A model generated the notes under the pieces. The model ran no database searches. It saw nothing but the letters and a program-made list of their open reading frames with translations, and was not told the DNA's origin. Shown here one piece after another: positions 12,328 through 26,000 of a DNA stretch of 64,000 bases. This DNA comes from Camelus ferus. Lineage: Eukaryota. The translations under genes and the position numbers were made by a program. How positions within the stretch are numbered: position 1 is the first letter of the stretch; every line of letters starts with the position of its first letter. Location: NCBI RefSeq assembly GCF_009834535.1, contig NC_045698.1:1986001-2050000 (forward strand), read 5' to 3'.

Positions 12328-15300
12328 CGGTGGCTGGCTGGTTCCCACGGGGAGCCTGGGCCCTCTCTCTGGGGCTTGGAGGTGGAGCACCAAGCCCTCG
12401 ACCTACTTTGCCAACATCAAAACATGGCCTTAGGATTCTGGAAAACAAAATAATAAAAATAAAATATTAGGAAATGCATAATACCCTGTAATAACATAAG
12501 GCTAATTCACGGTGTTTTTTTTTTTTTAATTCAAATCGGCTCATCTCCTTTCCACTTTGTGATTTTTCTCCACGCTCCATTCTGGTCACGGTGTCTGAGG
12601 CCTTCTGCTGGCTGAGGGACGGCGGCCCAGCTTGGCACGAAGGCTCGGATAGCTGCCCCGTCCCACGGACTGTCCTCCATGGGTGTGGCTCACCAAAGGA
12701 GGCGTGGCTTGGTCTCCGCAGGTGACCAGGGAATTGGGGACTGCTGGACGCCTGCTGCCGCAGCTGCAGGCTGTACCTTCTTAGAGATTTGAGCCAAACG
12801 TGGTCACTGCCTCCATTGGTCGTTAAAATGCTGTAAATTCAGGCCCCTTTTGCTCACCATACACAATCCTAGAAGCTACATATGAGAGCGGATCTGTTCT
12901 CTCTAAGCTCTGGGCTCATGTTTAGAAGGTAAAATTCATGAATTCACCAGTCGGCGGCCTGGCGGGCCCCCCCCCCCGGGTGGGGAGGGTGCAGCTGTGC
13001 CCACGGTAGGTCCCTCAAGGAGGGAACGGAGCCCCAGAAGGAGGCTTTTACAAGCCAGGGACAGGACGGGGTGAGACACGGCCGATCCCGGGAACTGGAC
13101 GGCGTCTGAGAGCGGCTGGTCCCAAACGCCCTGGAGGAGGAAAGACCTGGAGACTCTCAAAGTGGAGAATCTTCCAGAACCTGGGCCCCAGAATCTGGGT
13201 AGCTTAGTGGGGCCACCAGGTTCGCCTGGTGCTGGGTTCGTGGCTGCTGTGAAGACGTGGAGACATAACGAAGAAAGGGAGATTTCACTGTCTAAAGCGT
13301 GGCTTAATGCAGCTGAATTTTCTCTAATTCATTTGAGAACAAATTTTGAAAATCATGGCTCCTGATGGCAGGCAGTTTTGAGTGAGAACATTCAGAAGGG
13401 GACAGGAAGGTGACAGGACGTAGGCTGACGGTGAGGACGACAGGCCCCCACAGCCCGTGCAGACCCCAGCCATCTCCGCCCGACCCCCTCGGCTCCTCTG
13501 AGCTTTACCCCTCAATAGCCTTTCCATCCCCTCGCTCCTTCGGTGGGGGTGGGGGGGTGCTCGGAAGCCCTGGTCCCTGGGGGCCGCATCAGGCCCTGAG
13601 GTCAGCTCCTGCGGCAGGACAACCCCGCCCCGGACCTGGGGGGCCTCAGCCTGCAAGTCTTAGGCCTGCTGGAGGGTGGTGTCATCTGGCACCTCCCTCT
13701 GGACTGTTGTTTTGGGGGAATATCACCAAATTTTATAAAAGTTTGAGCTCTGGCCTGAATCCAAGACCACGAAGCAGTGTGGACAGCTGGGGGCTGGGGC
13801 TTCCGCAGGGCAGGGCACAGCCTCCTGGCCCGCAGCTCTGCGGGCCCCTCCCTGACGCTCGGCAAACACAGGTCGGACAGACGGACGAGGGGCTGTCAGC
13901 AGCTCCTCCCACACTCCTGACAGCTGCTTCTGTGAAGCCGCCTGATGTCACTCTGATATTCTGACTCCACATTAAGCCAGTGAGCCCCCACTTTTTCCGA
14001 GCTACAACTGAGGCACCCCCAGCATTAACTCACGAAAGGAATTATTTCATCCCAATTTTCCTCATTAAGATTATATTCATCACTGTGACTGTTGATATCA
14101 GCTTTAAATTTACAAAAAGAAGCCCTTGGGCTCACACAGCCTGGTGAGAGGAGGAGGCCTTCTCCCCTTGTCTGAGCGCAGCGGCGCGGACGCGGGGCCA
14201 GGAGCGTGTCCGCACACGGAGGAGCGTCTTCGTGGTGAGTGAGCCGAGGCCGTCGGTTAAGGTCCCAGATCACAGGTGACGCAGGTCTCGAAGCCCAGGG
14301 GCCGTTCACAGCATCGCGTCTCATCCCCGCACACCTAGACCTGCTTCAGTCAGAAACGGCGCCCCTGGAGCCGGGCCTGTGGCTCTGGGGGCCGAGATCC
14401 CCGGGACCCCCTGCCATCCCCGTGCGCCTCGGGCTGAGCCTTCAGGGGAAGAGGGGGTCACTGCTGATCCTGAAGCACGGCCGGTAGGGGGTGCTCAGGC
14501 CTGGTGGTGATGGGGGGGCACCCTGCAGGGAGACCGGGGTCCTTCCTGAAGGGAGATGGACCCGCAAAGGACACGCCATTGGGTTCAGGCCCCAAGGACT
14601 TGCTCTCTGTCTGGGGAAGGGCCAGCTTTGGCCTCAGTTCCCAGACAAGGCTCTGGCCACCAGCTCTGTGAGGAGGGTGGAGATTGGGGGGCGGGGGGGC
14701 TGTGAGCCTACGGTGAGTCAGTGGCAGCGCCCCTGGGGCCACAGGACGAATCCTCGAGCCCCTTCCTAGGGCATGCCCGACCTTTCCTGATGTGAAAAGG
14801 GGACCCGGGATTGGGGCGCGCCTCCCAGGGCTTCCGAGATCCCCCACCAATTGGTCTACACCCTCTACTCCTCTTCGCTGAGAAGGCATTTCATCTCCGC
14901 CAACCCTGCTGCCCTCGCCTCCAGCCCCACCACCAGAGCCAGCCCCACCCTCCGGGCCCCAAATGCCAGGCCTCGGCCGGGAGCACGGAGCAAGGGACTG
15001 AGTGACTTCCGGGAGGTGGTCTTCATTTCATGACGTCAGTCCCCCCGTCAGGAAGGACTCGGGAGGAGAAGGGATTTCTTGCAAAGGGTCCAGGGGGCTC
15101 CGGCTTCACACCAAAATCGACCTCACTTCGCTGCATCTGGGCACAGTCCCTGAGGCCTGCCCTGGCCTCCCCCTCCCGCACCCGCATCCGCAGCTGAGCC
15201 CGCAGGGCCTGCAGCTCGACCCGGCCTCCAGCGCCAGCTCCTCCCTGAAGCCCAGTCCCAGCCCCTGGCCGGGGTGTCTGTGCGAATGCTGGGCTGCCCA

Positions 15301-18300
15301 CCTGGAGAGGCTGGGGAACGGATGCCTCTCCCCCTCCCCCACTCCTCGGGCCCCTTTCCACCTGGAGCGGGAGGGAGAAGAATCCAGAAGTCGAGGATGG
15401 TGGGAAAGGAGCACCGGGCATGAGGCAGGCAGCATCAGGACGGGGCGGGGTGGGGGGAGGCGTCTGGGGAAACGCACCCCCTGGTCTGACCCCGGGAAGC
15501 AGGGCTGCAGGGGGGCCTCACTGCACTTACGGTATTTGTTGTAAAAGTGTTTGTTTTAAAACTGGAGGAGGATGAGGGAGGGAGGTTGGGGGCTGAGTCT
15601 CAGCAGAGACAGAAGCGGGACAAGGGTGGGGACAGGGCTGGGAGCAGTGAGGTTCCTGCAACTCTTCCCCAGCGTGCATGTCCCCAGTGGGTGTCACAAA
15701 GGTGCAGGGTGAGCCTGTCCCCTCTGAGCGGCAGGGGGCCCTTTGCCCCCCGTGTGGGGCCTGTGTTGGAGCCGCTTCTGGGTCTGCGGCTGCTCTGGCC
15801 CCATCCCTGACCGCCTGCCTCCTGAACCCAGTCGGGAGCCCCTGGGAGCTGGGCCCCACCACCAGCCACCAACACTACTGGAGGCAAAACTGAGTCAAAA
15901 AGAGAAAGAAAGACCAGCTGGAGCACCAGGCCCCTTCTCCTCAGAGGAGGCTGGAGGCTGGAGCTCGGCCCGCGGGCGGCAGGGGTCTCGGGCCTGGGAG
16001 GGGAGGCGGGGTCGCCTGGCTGCTGGCCCGCTTTCCAGGCTGCGCTTGTGTTTGTGGCAAATGCCTTGGCCTTCGGGGTAGAGCCAGATCAAAGGGGGCA
16101 AAGGCAGCTGGTGCAGAGTCATCGGGCCAGCTCTGAGAGGCGTGGTTTTTCCCCTCTGCCCCCACGGCGGCGGCCGTGGGGGAGCCCTCCTGCCTCCCGA
16201 CACAGGGCCACGCGGCCGTCACTGGCCCTAAAGCCGTAATGAGGGGATCATCGCCGGCGAGGAGCGGGAGTCCCACCACGGCCGCGCGCCACGGTCGGCT
16301 GTGCAGTAACCAGACAGGCTCCCGGTGACATCCCAGCCATGCTCCCCGGATGGAAGCCCTCTCTCTCCGCTTCTGCAGAGGTAACGAGGAAGTAATGAGG
16401 CTTGACCCGAGTGTTCTCAGCCCAGTCCCCCTTCCCCGGGTCCCCACAGGATGGAGTGAGACGTTGGATTTCTGTAAAAGCTGTGCGGATCGCCAGTGGG
16501 AAGACGTGAGCCGAGCCCTGCGCGCTGAGGACGCCGGTGGGAGAGGCTCAGACACAGCCGGGCCCTTGCAGCGCCATCAGAGCGCCCGCTCCTCCCTGCC
16601 CAGCAGGACAGCCTGACGCTGTGCAGGCCCCGCCAAGCCGCTGCCTGTCTGTGCTGTCACTTGATGGATGAGCAGTCCTGACCTTTCCAGGCTGCCCCGT
16701 CCGCCCACCCCTCTCCCTGGGCCCGCGCCCCCTCCTTTTGGTCTCCTTTTCAGGTTTGCCACATTCAACTGGGCAAACAGGCAAATCCCCCAAAAAGGTA
16801 GGCAGAGGGCTGTTTGAGATCATTAGCTTAATTTGAGCTGAAGGGTCTTTGTTGTAGGTTGGGGAGGGGAGGGGCCTGGGGACCTTCCAGAGTTTTGCTG
16901 GCTCGCTTGTTGAGATAGGATTGCCTTTGTTGTGATAATCTGAAATTAATTTGCACTTGAACCCATCTTTCTTCTGGGCTCCCTTTAAACGCTGTTATAA
17001 TTACGCGCCCAGCACGAGATGCAGTGTGAGCCCTGGTAGGGCAAGGCGGAACGCGTGAATTCCCCAGGTGCGGAGGGCTTCATCCCGCTGTCTCACAAGG
17101 TAATAAAACAAAATGTTCCAGCGCACGTGCTCAGGAGCCAGGTACTTGCCGGAGGGGAGACAGGGATAATCAGGGCATCGCTACACATTTGACTGTGTAC
17201 CTTCTCAGTGGGTCAGTCATGCTCCTTTACAGTGATGTTAAACTTCTGCTGCCATTAGTTGGTTTGTACCTGGAATGCTACTAAAAAAAAAAGTGAGATG
17301 GTCTGTTTTATCCTATTTCAGCCGCTCCTCATCTAAGAGGCTTTGTCTCCGGCATCCGTCTTCTCAGGTTTTCTCCTCCTCCTAACACGCACGGCTGATC
17401 TGAGCAGAGCACCTCTTGACGCAGTGTGCGCGGCAGCGTCCCTATCAGCATTCTTTCAGTTTTAACCCAGGTTAGGGTTTTCGGTGAGGAATCTCATTAA
17501 CTCCGGCAAGCCCATCTCCTTTTGTGGCCGCCTCAGGAATCGTAATGGACTGAAAGGCCAGCGGGCCTCCCCTGGGGGCTCCATGCTTCTTTCAATCGGC
17601 CTGCAGTTTTGAATAACTACGCTCTCCTTGAACAGAGACCTCTGGACGGTTGGGAGTAAACTGAGGTTTCCCCTCGCTCAAACTGGTAACAGGGACCCGT
17701 TGGGAAGGGGGCAGCTGGGGGAGGAAGCCGTCAGGGGATCCTGGCCTCTGGGTCCCCTCCCCTCCCCCCACTGTCGCCCCTCCGCTCTCCCCACCCCACC
17801 CCCTCCCTGCAGTGGCCACAGCCACATCAGTGGACTCAGCTCCGAAAAACAGCCTGTAAATTATGTCATCTCATCCAAGTGCTTAGAAGAAACAGCAGTT
17901 TCACAGTCACACGAAGCCGAGAACCCCCTGCCCAACAGGAGCACCGGGCAGAAGCCGGACAAAGAAGGCAGTGCCCGGGGAGACTCTGGGGGGTTGAAGA
18001 GGAAATCTGCTCACTTCAGATCACCCTTCATGCAGTCTTAGAAATGACAGAACACACAGACCTGGCTTATTTTAGGAATGAAGTCTTCGAGGGTCAGAAA
18101 TCATGGTGATTCACAGAATAAAGCATTGTCCTCTAAGCGCCGGTGTGTTTACACGGCGCGCGGTCTGGGCAGCAGGTTTACGGGCCCGCTCTCCTCAGTG
18201 ACAGCTTTGAATTTCCACAATGTAGATGAGCGACTGGGAACAATGTTATTCTTAAAGAAACGATCCGTTTGTAGAGCTGGCTTCATCCTCTCTGAGTGGC

Positions 18301-21099
18301 CGTTCTATGTGCGCTGTTAGCATTTCAGGGGAGATGAGGGGCGCTCCCTCTTGGAGACGGACTGTGCTCATAACGGGGCAGCTTCATCTGCTGCTCCCCG
18401 AAAGCCTATCACAGCGGACGCAGGAGCAGCGCCTCTGTCCCGTGCCCACTTTTCTTCCTGCGTGGTTTTAGACAAAGGATCGAGCGACGCTTCAGCAGCT
18501 CCTGGGCAGGCCTTCTGAGGAAGGCCGCGCCGCGTGCGTGCGCTGAGCGCAGGCAGGGGCAGGCGCGTCGTCAGACAGAGGAGGGCCGGGCGCGCACGGC
18601 CAGGGCAGGTGTGGCTGTGTCCCGGATCAGAGGCAAGGGGCTGTGCCCACTTTCCTGCAGAGGAGCTGTCCTGTGGGCCGTCATCGTGCAGGAGGTGGAG
18701 AGGTGTCCCCTACCAGCACGTGAAAGAGGAGCAGGTCACTAGCGTCACACAACGGAGGTGTCCAAGTCGCGCAGAGGAGCAGGGGCGCCCTTCTCACGCG
18801 GAGGCCATGTAGAGCTGCGGGCGTGCCCAGCACTACACGAAGAAGACCGCTGGTGCTTCCATCAAACACAGAGATGCAGGCACACCTGGCATCACACATC
18901 AGAGTAATGGGCACCCGGCATCGTCTGGAAGAGGCCTGGCTACGCTTGTTATCATATTAAACAGGTGCCAGTGCCTAGTGTCCTGTGAGGAGGGGTGGGT
19001 GTCCCCACCCTCCTGGAGAGACGTGGACCTGAGCATAGAGGAGGTGTGTGTGCCTCCCCTGCTGTGGGGGCCAGGGAGTGTCTCCATCACAGACGTGGTG
19101 GGGTACGCAGCCCTTCATCACCTGCGTCCTGCAGAGAAGGTGTGAGTCTGTTGGTTCACAGCTCTTGCCCCATGGGCACCCCAACTTGCCACAGCGTCAG
19201 GGACTCCCCACGAAGTGTCCCAGGAAGGGCACAGCTGCAAAGCAGCGTGGTGGCCCCTGCACTGGGCGGACGGGGCCAGGTGGTCTCCCAGCTGAGCTTC
19301 GCCTCTGCCCAGCGCCTCCCCCGGGCTCTGCGTCCGCACGCTGGGTCACGCCGCGCACATCCCCATCCGGGCTGACCAGCCGCTGGGGCCAAGCAGCCCT
19401 CTGCAAACAAAGCCGGCAGCGCGTTGCTCTTAGGATGACATCTCCTGATCTCATTACTGATCGTCTGCTTTCCTGGGTCTTGTTTCCTGAAAGTCTGATA
19501 CGGGGCAAAGAGGTGACAAAAGATCGGCGCTGGGCTCTGGAAATTAAGTGGCCAGCCGCGAGGTCAGCGCCCGCCCGGGGCTGGAGTGTTTGGCCACAGC
19601 GTGCGATGCCATCTTGACTTAATCTCTCCCTCCTTATCTCGCGCCTGTTTTGAGCCCTCCCAGGCAATTTAGCAGCATGCCGCTGACTCCTATCACCTCG
19701 CTGCCCCACCAAGAGCCCCTTTTCGAGTGATGGATCAGCTCCTCAGGTAAACAACTGAGGGCTCCTCCTCAACGGGAAAACGCTCCTTAACTGACAACAA
19801 GGGCCTGCGGCAAGCACCGCAGGCGGCACAGCCATTCACAGCCGCCTCTGGCCAGGACTCTTGCGGTCCTGAAACTCGCCCTGGTTCTCAAGGCCGGGGG
19901 TCTGTTAAAGCCAATGAGTCCTATCCTTGAACTCACTGCAGGGAGCGCGTGCGCACAGCTCACAGCCCCACAGACGACAGGGAGGGGCCAAGACACCTGC
20001 TGGGGCCCCTGAAAAGTCAGTCCACCTGGGGCCCCTCCTGTCACGGGACCACAGAGGTGTGCACATCCAAGCACCGCCAGGACTTGGGTGTTTAAGACCA
20101 GCTCAGTTTCCAGGGAGGGCTGACAGGGACTGAGGCCTCCTGGTCACAAAGGACCAATGACAAGCACGGTGTTCAAAGCACAGTTATTTTTCTTCCCTTC
20201 TGCCTCCATCCCCTCCGACGCCCTACGTTGAACCGATGTTAGATCCCCTTTACCCAGATTTAGCTGGGCCGGGGCGGCCGACAAGCGAGGCAGGTGGGGC
20301 ACGGCATGCCTGGGCGCTCCCTGTGGCACAGAACCTTCGGTGCTCAGCACTGAGAGTTCTCGGCCTTCGCAGGCTTGGTTTCAGGGTGATCGGGGCAGGG
20401 ACGCTCCTCTGAGGTTATGGAAGAGCAGCACTTGGACCTTCTCCGGGTTCCCTCCACCTGGACCACCTCATCACTGCATCCACAGGCTGAAAGGATGTGA
20501 AAACCTGAGATGGAGAAGAGATGAGAGCCACACTGTGGGCACCAGGAGGCACCAGCAGGCTGAAATCCCCACTCGCCGGGCACCGGGTTGGGTTTCTCAC
20601 AGGCGCTGAGGGTGTGTGACGTCCTTCGGGCTTGTCTTGGCTGAGCGAGGCCCTGGACATTTGCTTCCCCTCTTTTTCAGCAGGAACTTTAGGGGCACAG
20701 TGTTTGGTGCTTGTGTGACTTTGAAATCAGGTACAACTGATGTGCAAGAACCCCCAGGGCCCTGGTCCGCAGCACAGGTGCCCAGGAAGGGTTCCTCTCC
20801 ACGTTTACCTTCCCATGGTTGATACCGGTGCTCTGAGAGGTTACTGCAGACTGAAGATGCCACCTGTCCTCCCCAAGGCCAGGGGTGTGGGGGACGCCAC
20901 ACAAGCCGCGAGTGCAGGGGGAAGAGCGGGGAGCTGACTTTGTGGTCCTGCATGGTGGGCACTTCCACTCTGCAGAAGCTGTCTTTCTCACGCTGGACAC
21001 TGATCAGACGTGCTCTGTATTCCCTTCGAATCAAAATTGAGGCAGTCTCTCTGTCTCAGCAACTGAGCTCTGTCTCAGTCTGCTAAGCACCGTTATGCT

Positions 21100-21650
21100 C
21101 CAGCTGTGGAATTCACCCCCTCCCCGGGGAGTCACTGGCAGGTGCACACAGTCACATCCCCCAAAGTCCATTTAGGCCCCAACTTAAGAGACAGTCGCAA
21201 CCCTTCTCTTGCTGTCACTGCTCATCCAGACCCAATCCCTTTGAAGGGGTCCTATTGGACTCACTTCCAAAAGGTCTCCAGAATCTGAGTCATTCCATGA
21301 GCTCTGCTGGTCCCTCCTGTCCACTCCAGCTCACTGCTCTGCCCCACAACTCATCCCATGGGGTAGCCAGAGGGTTCTTCTGAAAATACCAACCTGGCTC
21401 CTAGGGCTTCAGCAGCTCCCCGGAGTGGCTGGAATCCGGCTTCCCACATGGCCCTCTGCCCCAGCTGCACTGGCCTCTCAGTGGGTCTACAAAACCTCCA
21501 CTCAGATTATTTCTGCCCCAGGACCTTTGCACTGATGGCAAAAGCTCTTCTCTCCACTCGGACATCACCTCCATTACATCCTTACAGAGAGATGCTCTTT
21601 GGAAAGCAAAGTCGAACCTCTCAAGGGTGGCACTGACTCACTGTAGACAG
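21100..21650 (+). mobile_element. LINE-2 fragment
   Basis: 'tccagaatctga...gtagccagagggttcttctgaaaa...ccccaggacctttgcactg' are typical L2 3'-region motifs. Heavily diverged. Confidence 0.55.
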
Positions 21651-24600
21651 AGAGGGAGCTCCTCCCTTGGGCTCTTGCTGGCCAACTGGTATCATCAAAC
21701 GTAGTCAAGACAGGCTCCCAGGTGACTGGGTGTCCTGACGGGTCTCCTCCCCTCCACACTGCCCTGCCTCACTGGGGTCAGGCTTGCAATGTGTCCTCAT
21801 GTCCATGGTCAGAAGGAGAGCTCCCAGTTCCTTTTACCTCATACAGTAACACTGGGTAGGGAGGAGGGGCAGAGAACAAAGGTCTTGTTCAGGATCAAGA
21901 AAGAGCCCTGCTGGACTCAGGATCGCCCCTGGCTCTTCTGAGTTGAGATGCACTGTGGGTTTTCCTTGCACCATGTCTCCCCTCTGGCTATTTGGTCCAG
22001 TGAACACTGGATTTTCAGAACACACTTGTCGGCAGTGGAGTTTTCCCTCCAACATTATTAACGAGTTGCTCCTGCATTTCAACAAACATTAGCAGAATCC
22101 AACTGGGGGAAAGTAGGAAACATGGAACTGACTTTACCATGTGCTGACAGAGAATCTTCCCTCACTCCTTTCCGCCCATCCCCTCCCCACCAAAGAACCT
22201 GGTTTCTTCTCAAGGAGCACAGGTAGAGACCTGGGTCTGAAACCACTCTGGGTCCCAGCAGCACCCCGCCCACAGCTAGGATCGCTGTGTAATACACAAC
22301 CAGAGCGCCTGTCCAGATCTGTGTGAAGCAAGTGATGTCTGCGAGACGCCCCGGCAGGGCAGGTACCCCGTGTGCTCCACAAGGATTCCTGACGTGTGTT
22401 TCTGTGAGTAGACAGGCTTTTATAATTTATTTATAGTTATAATTTTTATAGATTTGTAATTTACTTACACTTTCAACTATGGAAAAAAATACTTCACCCC
22501 CTTTTACTGTTTTTATAAATCCTATACCTGTGCACATACGGCCTGATCGCAGATACTGTGTGAACTTTAAAGAAACGGAATTAAGTGAGCACATGATGAT
22601 ACACTGCAAACCACAGATGCATTTAAAGACATTTTAAAAAAATGAAAAATAATTACAATTGTCTTTGATGTCAATTACTTTTTCAAAAAGTATTTTTTGG
22701 TCTAATTTTAATTTTTTCTTTCAAGTGTCGGGTTTTAAATACTATTTCTGAACTTATATGTCCAAACATTTAAGAATTCATTCAATTTTTAAACTTAGAA
22801 ATAACAAAAGTAGATCATTGCTTTGGGTGGCATGAAACCGCCACTAGGAAAAGGAGACAAGGAGCTGATAGAAGGCCTTTGGTGTTTGTAGCTGGGAGAC
22901 TGTCGCGGCAGTGTCGCCCACGATCTGCATTGGCAGATGGACATGTGAGGCCCTGTCAGGTTCCACGGTGGGTCCAGATCCCACTGCCAGGTCCCTGTTG
23001 GATCAGGACATGGATGTGGGGATGTTAGATCAAGGCCAGTGATGCAACAACATGAGAAAATCGGGTTATCTCCAACACCTCAGGGAAGCAGAACATTAAA
23101 AAAAATTCTTCTTCTAGTGTATCTTTAAATTAAACTTTAACTTTCCGTGCGGTGAGACATCATGCACAGACATCATTAATCCAGTGGAATGGGTGGAATG
23201 GGTCTTCTGCAAGTAAAATGGTGGTGGGAAAACCCTTCCACAAGCCCAGTGAGTGCCCAAAGTAGCAGGAAGCCAGCTCACACCCAGGGCTGCTTTTCCT
23301 TCTCACCTGGCCCCGTGGTCTCAGTGGAGGCACCTTTTTCCCGAGGAAGACTTACATCCTTTGCCACCTTCATGCTGCCTGGGACCCGGTATAGCATCTT
23401 GTGAAATGAAAGCCTGCCTCAGTCCCGTCCCGTCAGGTGTCTCTCCGATTAGAACTGTTTCCTCGGGTCCTGTAACCGTGCAGGTCACTCTTGATATTCC
23501 TAACCAGTCACTGGCAACTCATTAGTATTTAAATCTATGCTAATTTCACCAAGGTGTGAAAAGATCCTCTCCTTGAATATACATGAAAGAACATATTACT
23601 GTTCAACTAGACAGCTTTTTTCTTTTCTTAATCTTAACCCAAGAAAAGCTTGCTATAATTTAACAAAAGAGCAGGAAGAAATTATTAAAACACACACACA
23701 CACAATCTAGAAAAAGTTAGAAGAGAAACTTATTTATTTCATGTTTATAACATGTGCGTGTCAGTGGGGGTCACAGCCAGGTGCCTGCGATCTTAGGAGT
23801 TTGAAATAACATCCCCAATGTCACTCACTCACACAAGTTGTGATGGCTGCCTTCCCCATGGTTTAGGTTTTTCTAGATGACATGATAAAATGCTACGTAG
23901 CACCCAAAAGCACTTTCCATGCCTGGTGTAGTACTATTTGTCTACTGCAGATAAAAATAAAATATCTACAAAATTGGTCAACATGTAGATGCGTCTCCAT
24001 AACAATACAGATGAGAATGCAACACGTGTGTGTGTTGCCCAAAATCCCGGGGGCAGGGGCTGATTTTTCAGCAACACGTGCTGACTGCAGGTGTCTGGAA
24101 GCTGCAGCCTGCGAGGCAGATGCGGCTGCAGAAGCCGCGTCCAGCTCAATTCCAGCCTGGAGAGTCCCGGGCCCAGTGGACGGCGGCGTCAGCTGCCCAG
24201 CCCTCTCGGCCTGGCAAGAAACCACGGTCTCGCCCAAGACCTTTCAAATGTCTTTACACGGCACGTAATGAAGGCCCTGTCTCACAGGCTCGTCGCGATC
24301 CAGTTTCACGGTGTCAGAGGCAGCCTGGTGTGCGTCGTGATGGCAGATTGTGGGCCCTCATGGACTTACTGTCACTCTGCCGGGACCTCGTACATGACAG
24401 AGGTTGTGTGAGGCGCAGCGGGAGACCGAGGCTTGCAGGGGTTAAGTGTCCCCCTTGCAGCGCGTCGCCCCACGTCCCTCACCAGCTGATGACATGATGG
24501 ATTGCCGCTGTCACTGTCGGTGCAGTCAGCGTCACTCCACCACCGACAAGACGGCCGCTCTGCCCTCTCCAGGAAGGCAGCCGTTATTCCCCCTGATTTC

Positions 24601-25659
24601 AGGGCAAGGGCTCCCACAGGTGTCTCTTCCAGCTGGGTCTGAGCAGATGTCTTTCTTGGACCGACCCCTGCGATCCCCTCAGATAAACACATTTCACTCT
24701 TTTGGGTTGGAAATATTTCATTTGCCCATTTTCAAGACACCTGCCAACATTTCCAAAAAGCAACTTTCAAATTTTGCCACTTGAAAATAAAACTTCTTAG
24801 AATGTAACCTTTTTAAGATTCTTGGGGAATCTTACATGTGCTCCCAAACACGCACTCAGGATGGTCCCCTGCCGTTGCTTCATTTGTTCTGTCTCCTGAT
24901 TGCACCTGCCACAGGCCCTTCTGAACGAGCTGGAAAAAACATTAAAGCTATCTCAGCAGAACCCACTCTAACTTTGATCTTGCAGAAGCTCAGTGCCAAC
25001 TGTCTGTCTCATCTAATGCAACTTTCTGCTCATGGAAGACAGTAATCTGTCCCCTTAACGTGGAGGGTAATCATGACCTGTTCCCCGCACAAGAGTGCAG
25101 AGTGTAACCGCGATGTCTTATTCCTCACAGGAGACCGGGATTTCTTTTCTGGCTTGCATGACGAGGCTCTCCTTGGTCAAGCAGGATGGCCCAGGTGAGA
25201 GTCTGGGACCAGTGCTAAAAGGCCACGAGGGAGCCCCTCCAGGCAAAGCAGGTGATGTTACACAAGAAATTTTCCCCTCACCCTTTGTCAGTGCATTGAA
25301 GGGAAGGAGATGAATTTACCTCCTAGACTCACTGTGTCTACATAGGATGGTTCTGTAAGTATTTACCCACACTTCCTTTACTATTTTTGACAATTCTGAG
25401 GATCAGCTGGGAGTTAAGGCCCTGCTGCTGCTGGAGGTCTCGAGAGCTGGGCCCACTAAGCTTCCCAGAGTTTAATGCCCCCATCACTTAACTACAACAA
25501 CCGAAACCATTCTAACCAGATTTGTTTTGAAGTTTTAATCAGGTCTAAATGGAAAGTTATTGAGGAGAACAGTGTGGTCTGCATTTTAATCCCTGGAACC
25601 TCCCCCTCCCCGAGTCTCCAGCTTTGTTGCGTGTGGTGTGGCCTTGGACTGCAGTGTTT

Positions 25660-26000
25660 CTAACATACATAATGAGCTCAGTGTCAAACTGTTGGGGCTT
25701 TTGTCTTTAACAATAAGCATTTAGCTCAACTAAATGAATAGAAATTGCTTTAGTGAATTACAAAAGCCAAGGTCTTTTCAATGCACAAAAGCTGACATTA
25801 ATTATTTTCAACATTGTCTTATTTTTGCAAAAGTAGTTAAGTTAAAATTTGACTGAAATGTAATAAATTAATTTACTGTTTAAACTGAAAAAAAAAATCA
25901 GCAGTAAATCAGAGTGCCCACTGATGCTCGTAAAAATCCTTCTGATTGAAAAAAATGACACAGTCTTCCTAAGTGCATTATTGCATTCTTTTGACTATGA
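25660..26000. promoter_or_regulatory. Candidate conserved non-coding element (AT-rich, homeobox/Sox motifs)
   Basis: Non-repetitive AT-rich island in a GC-rich background, with TAAT/TAATT clusters, AACAAT and CATTGT. Conservation not tested. Confidence 0.35.

Noticed and set aside
16754..16797. Possible 44-nt exon (tctccttttcag|G ... AAG|gtaggc)
   Set aside because: Splice-like motifs are common by chance. The length is not a multiple of 3 and no partner exons were identified.
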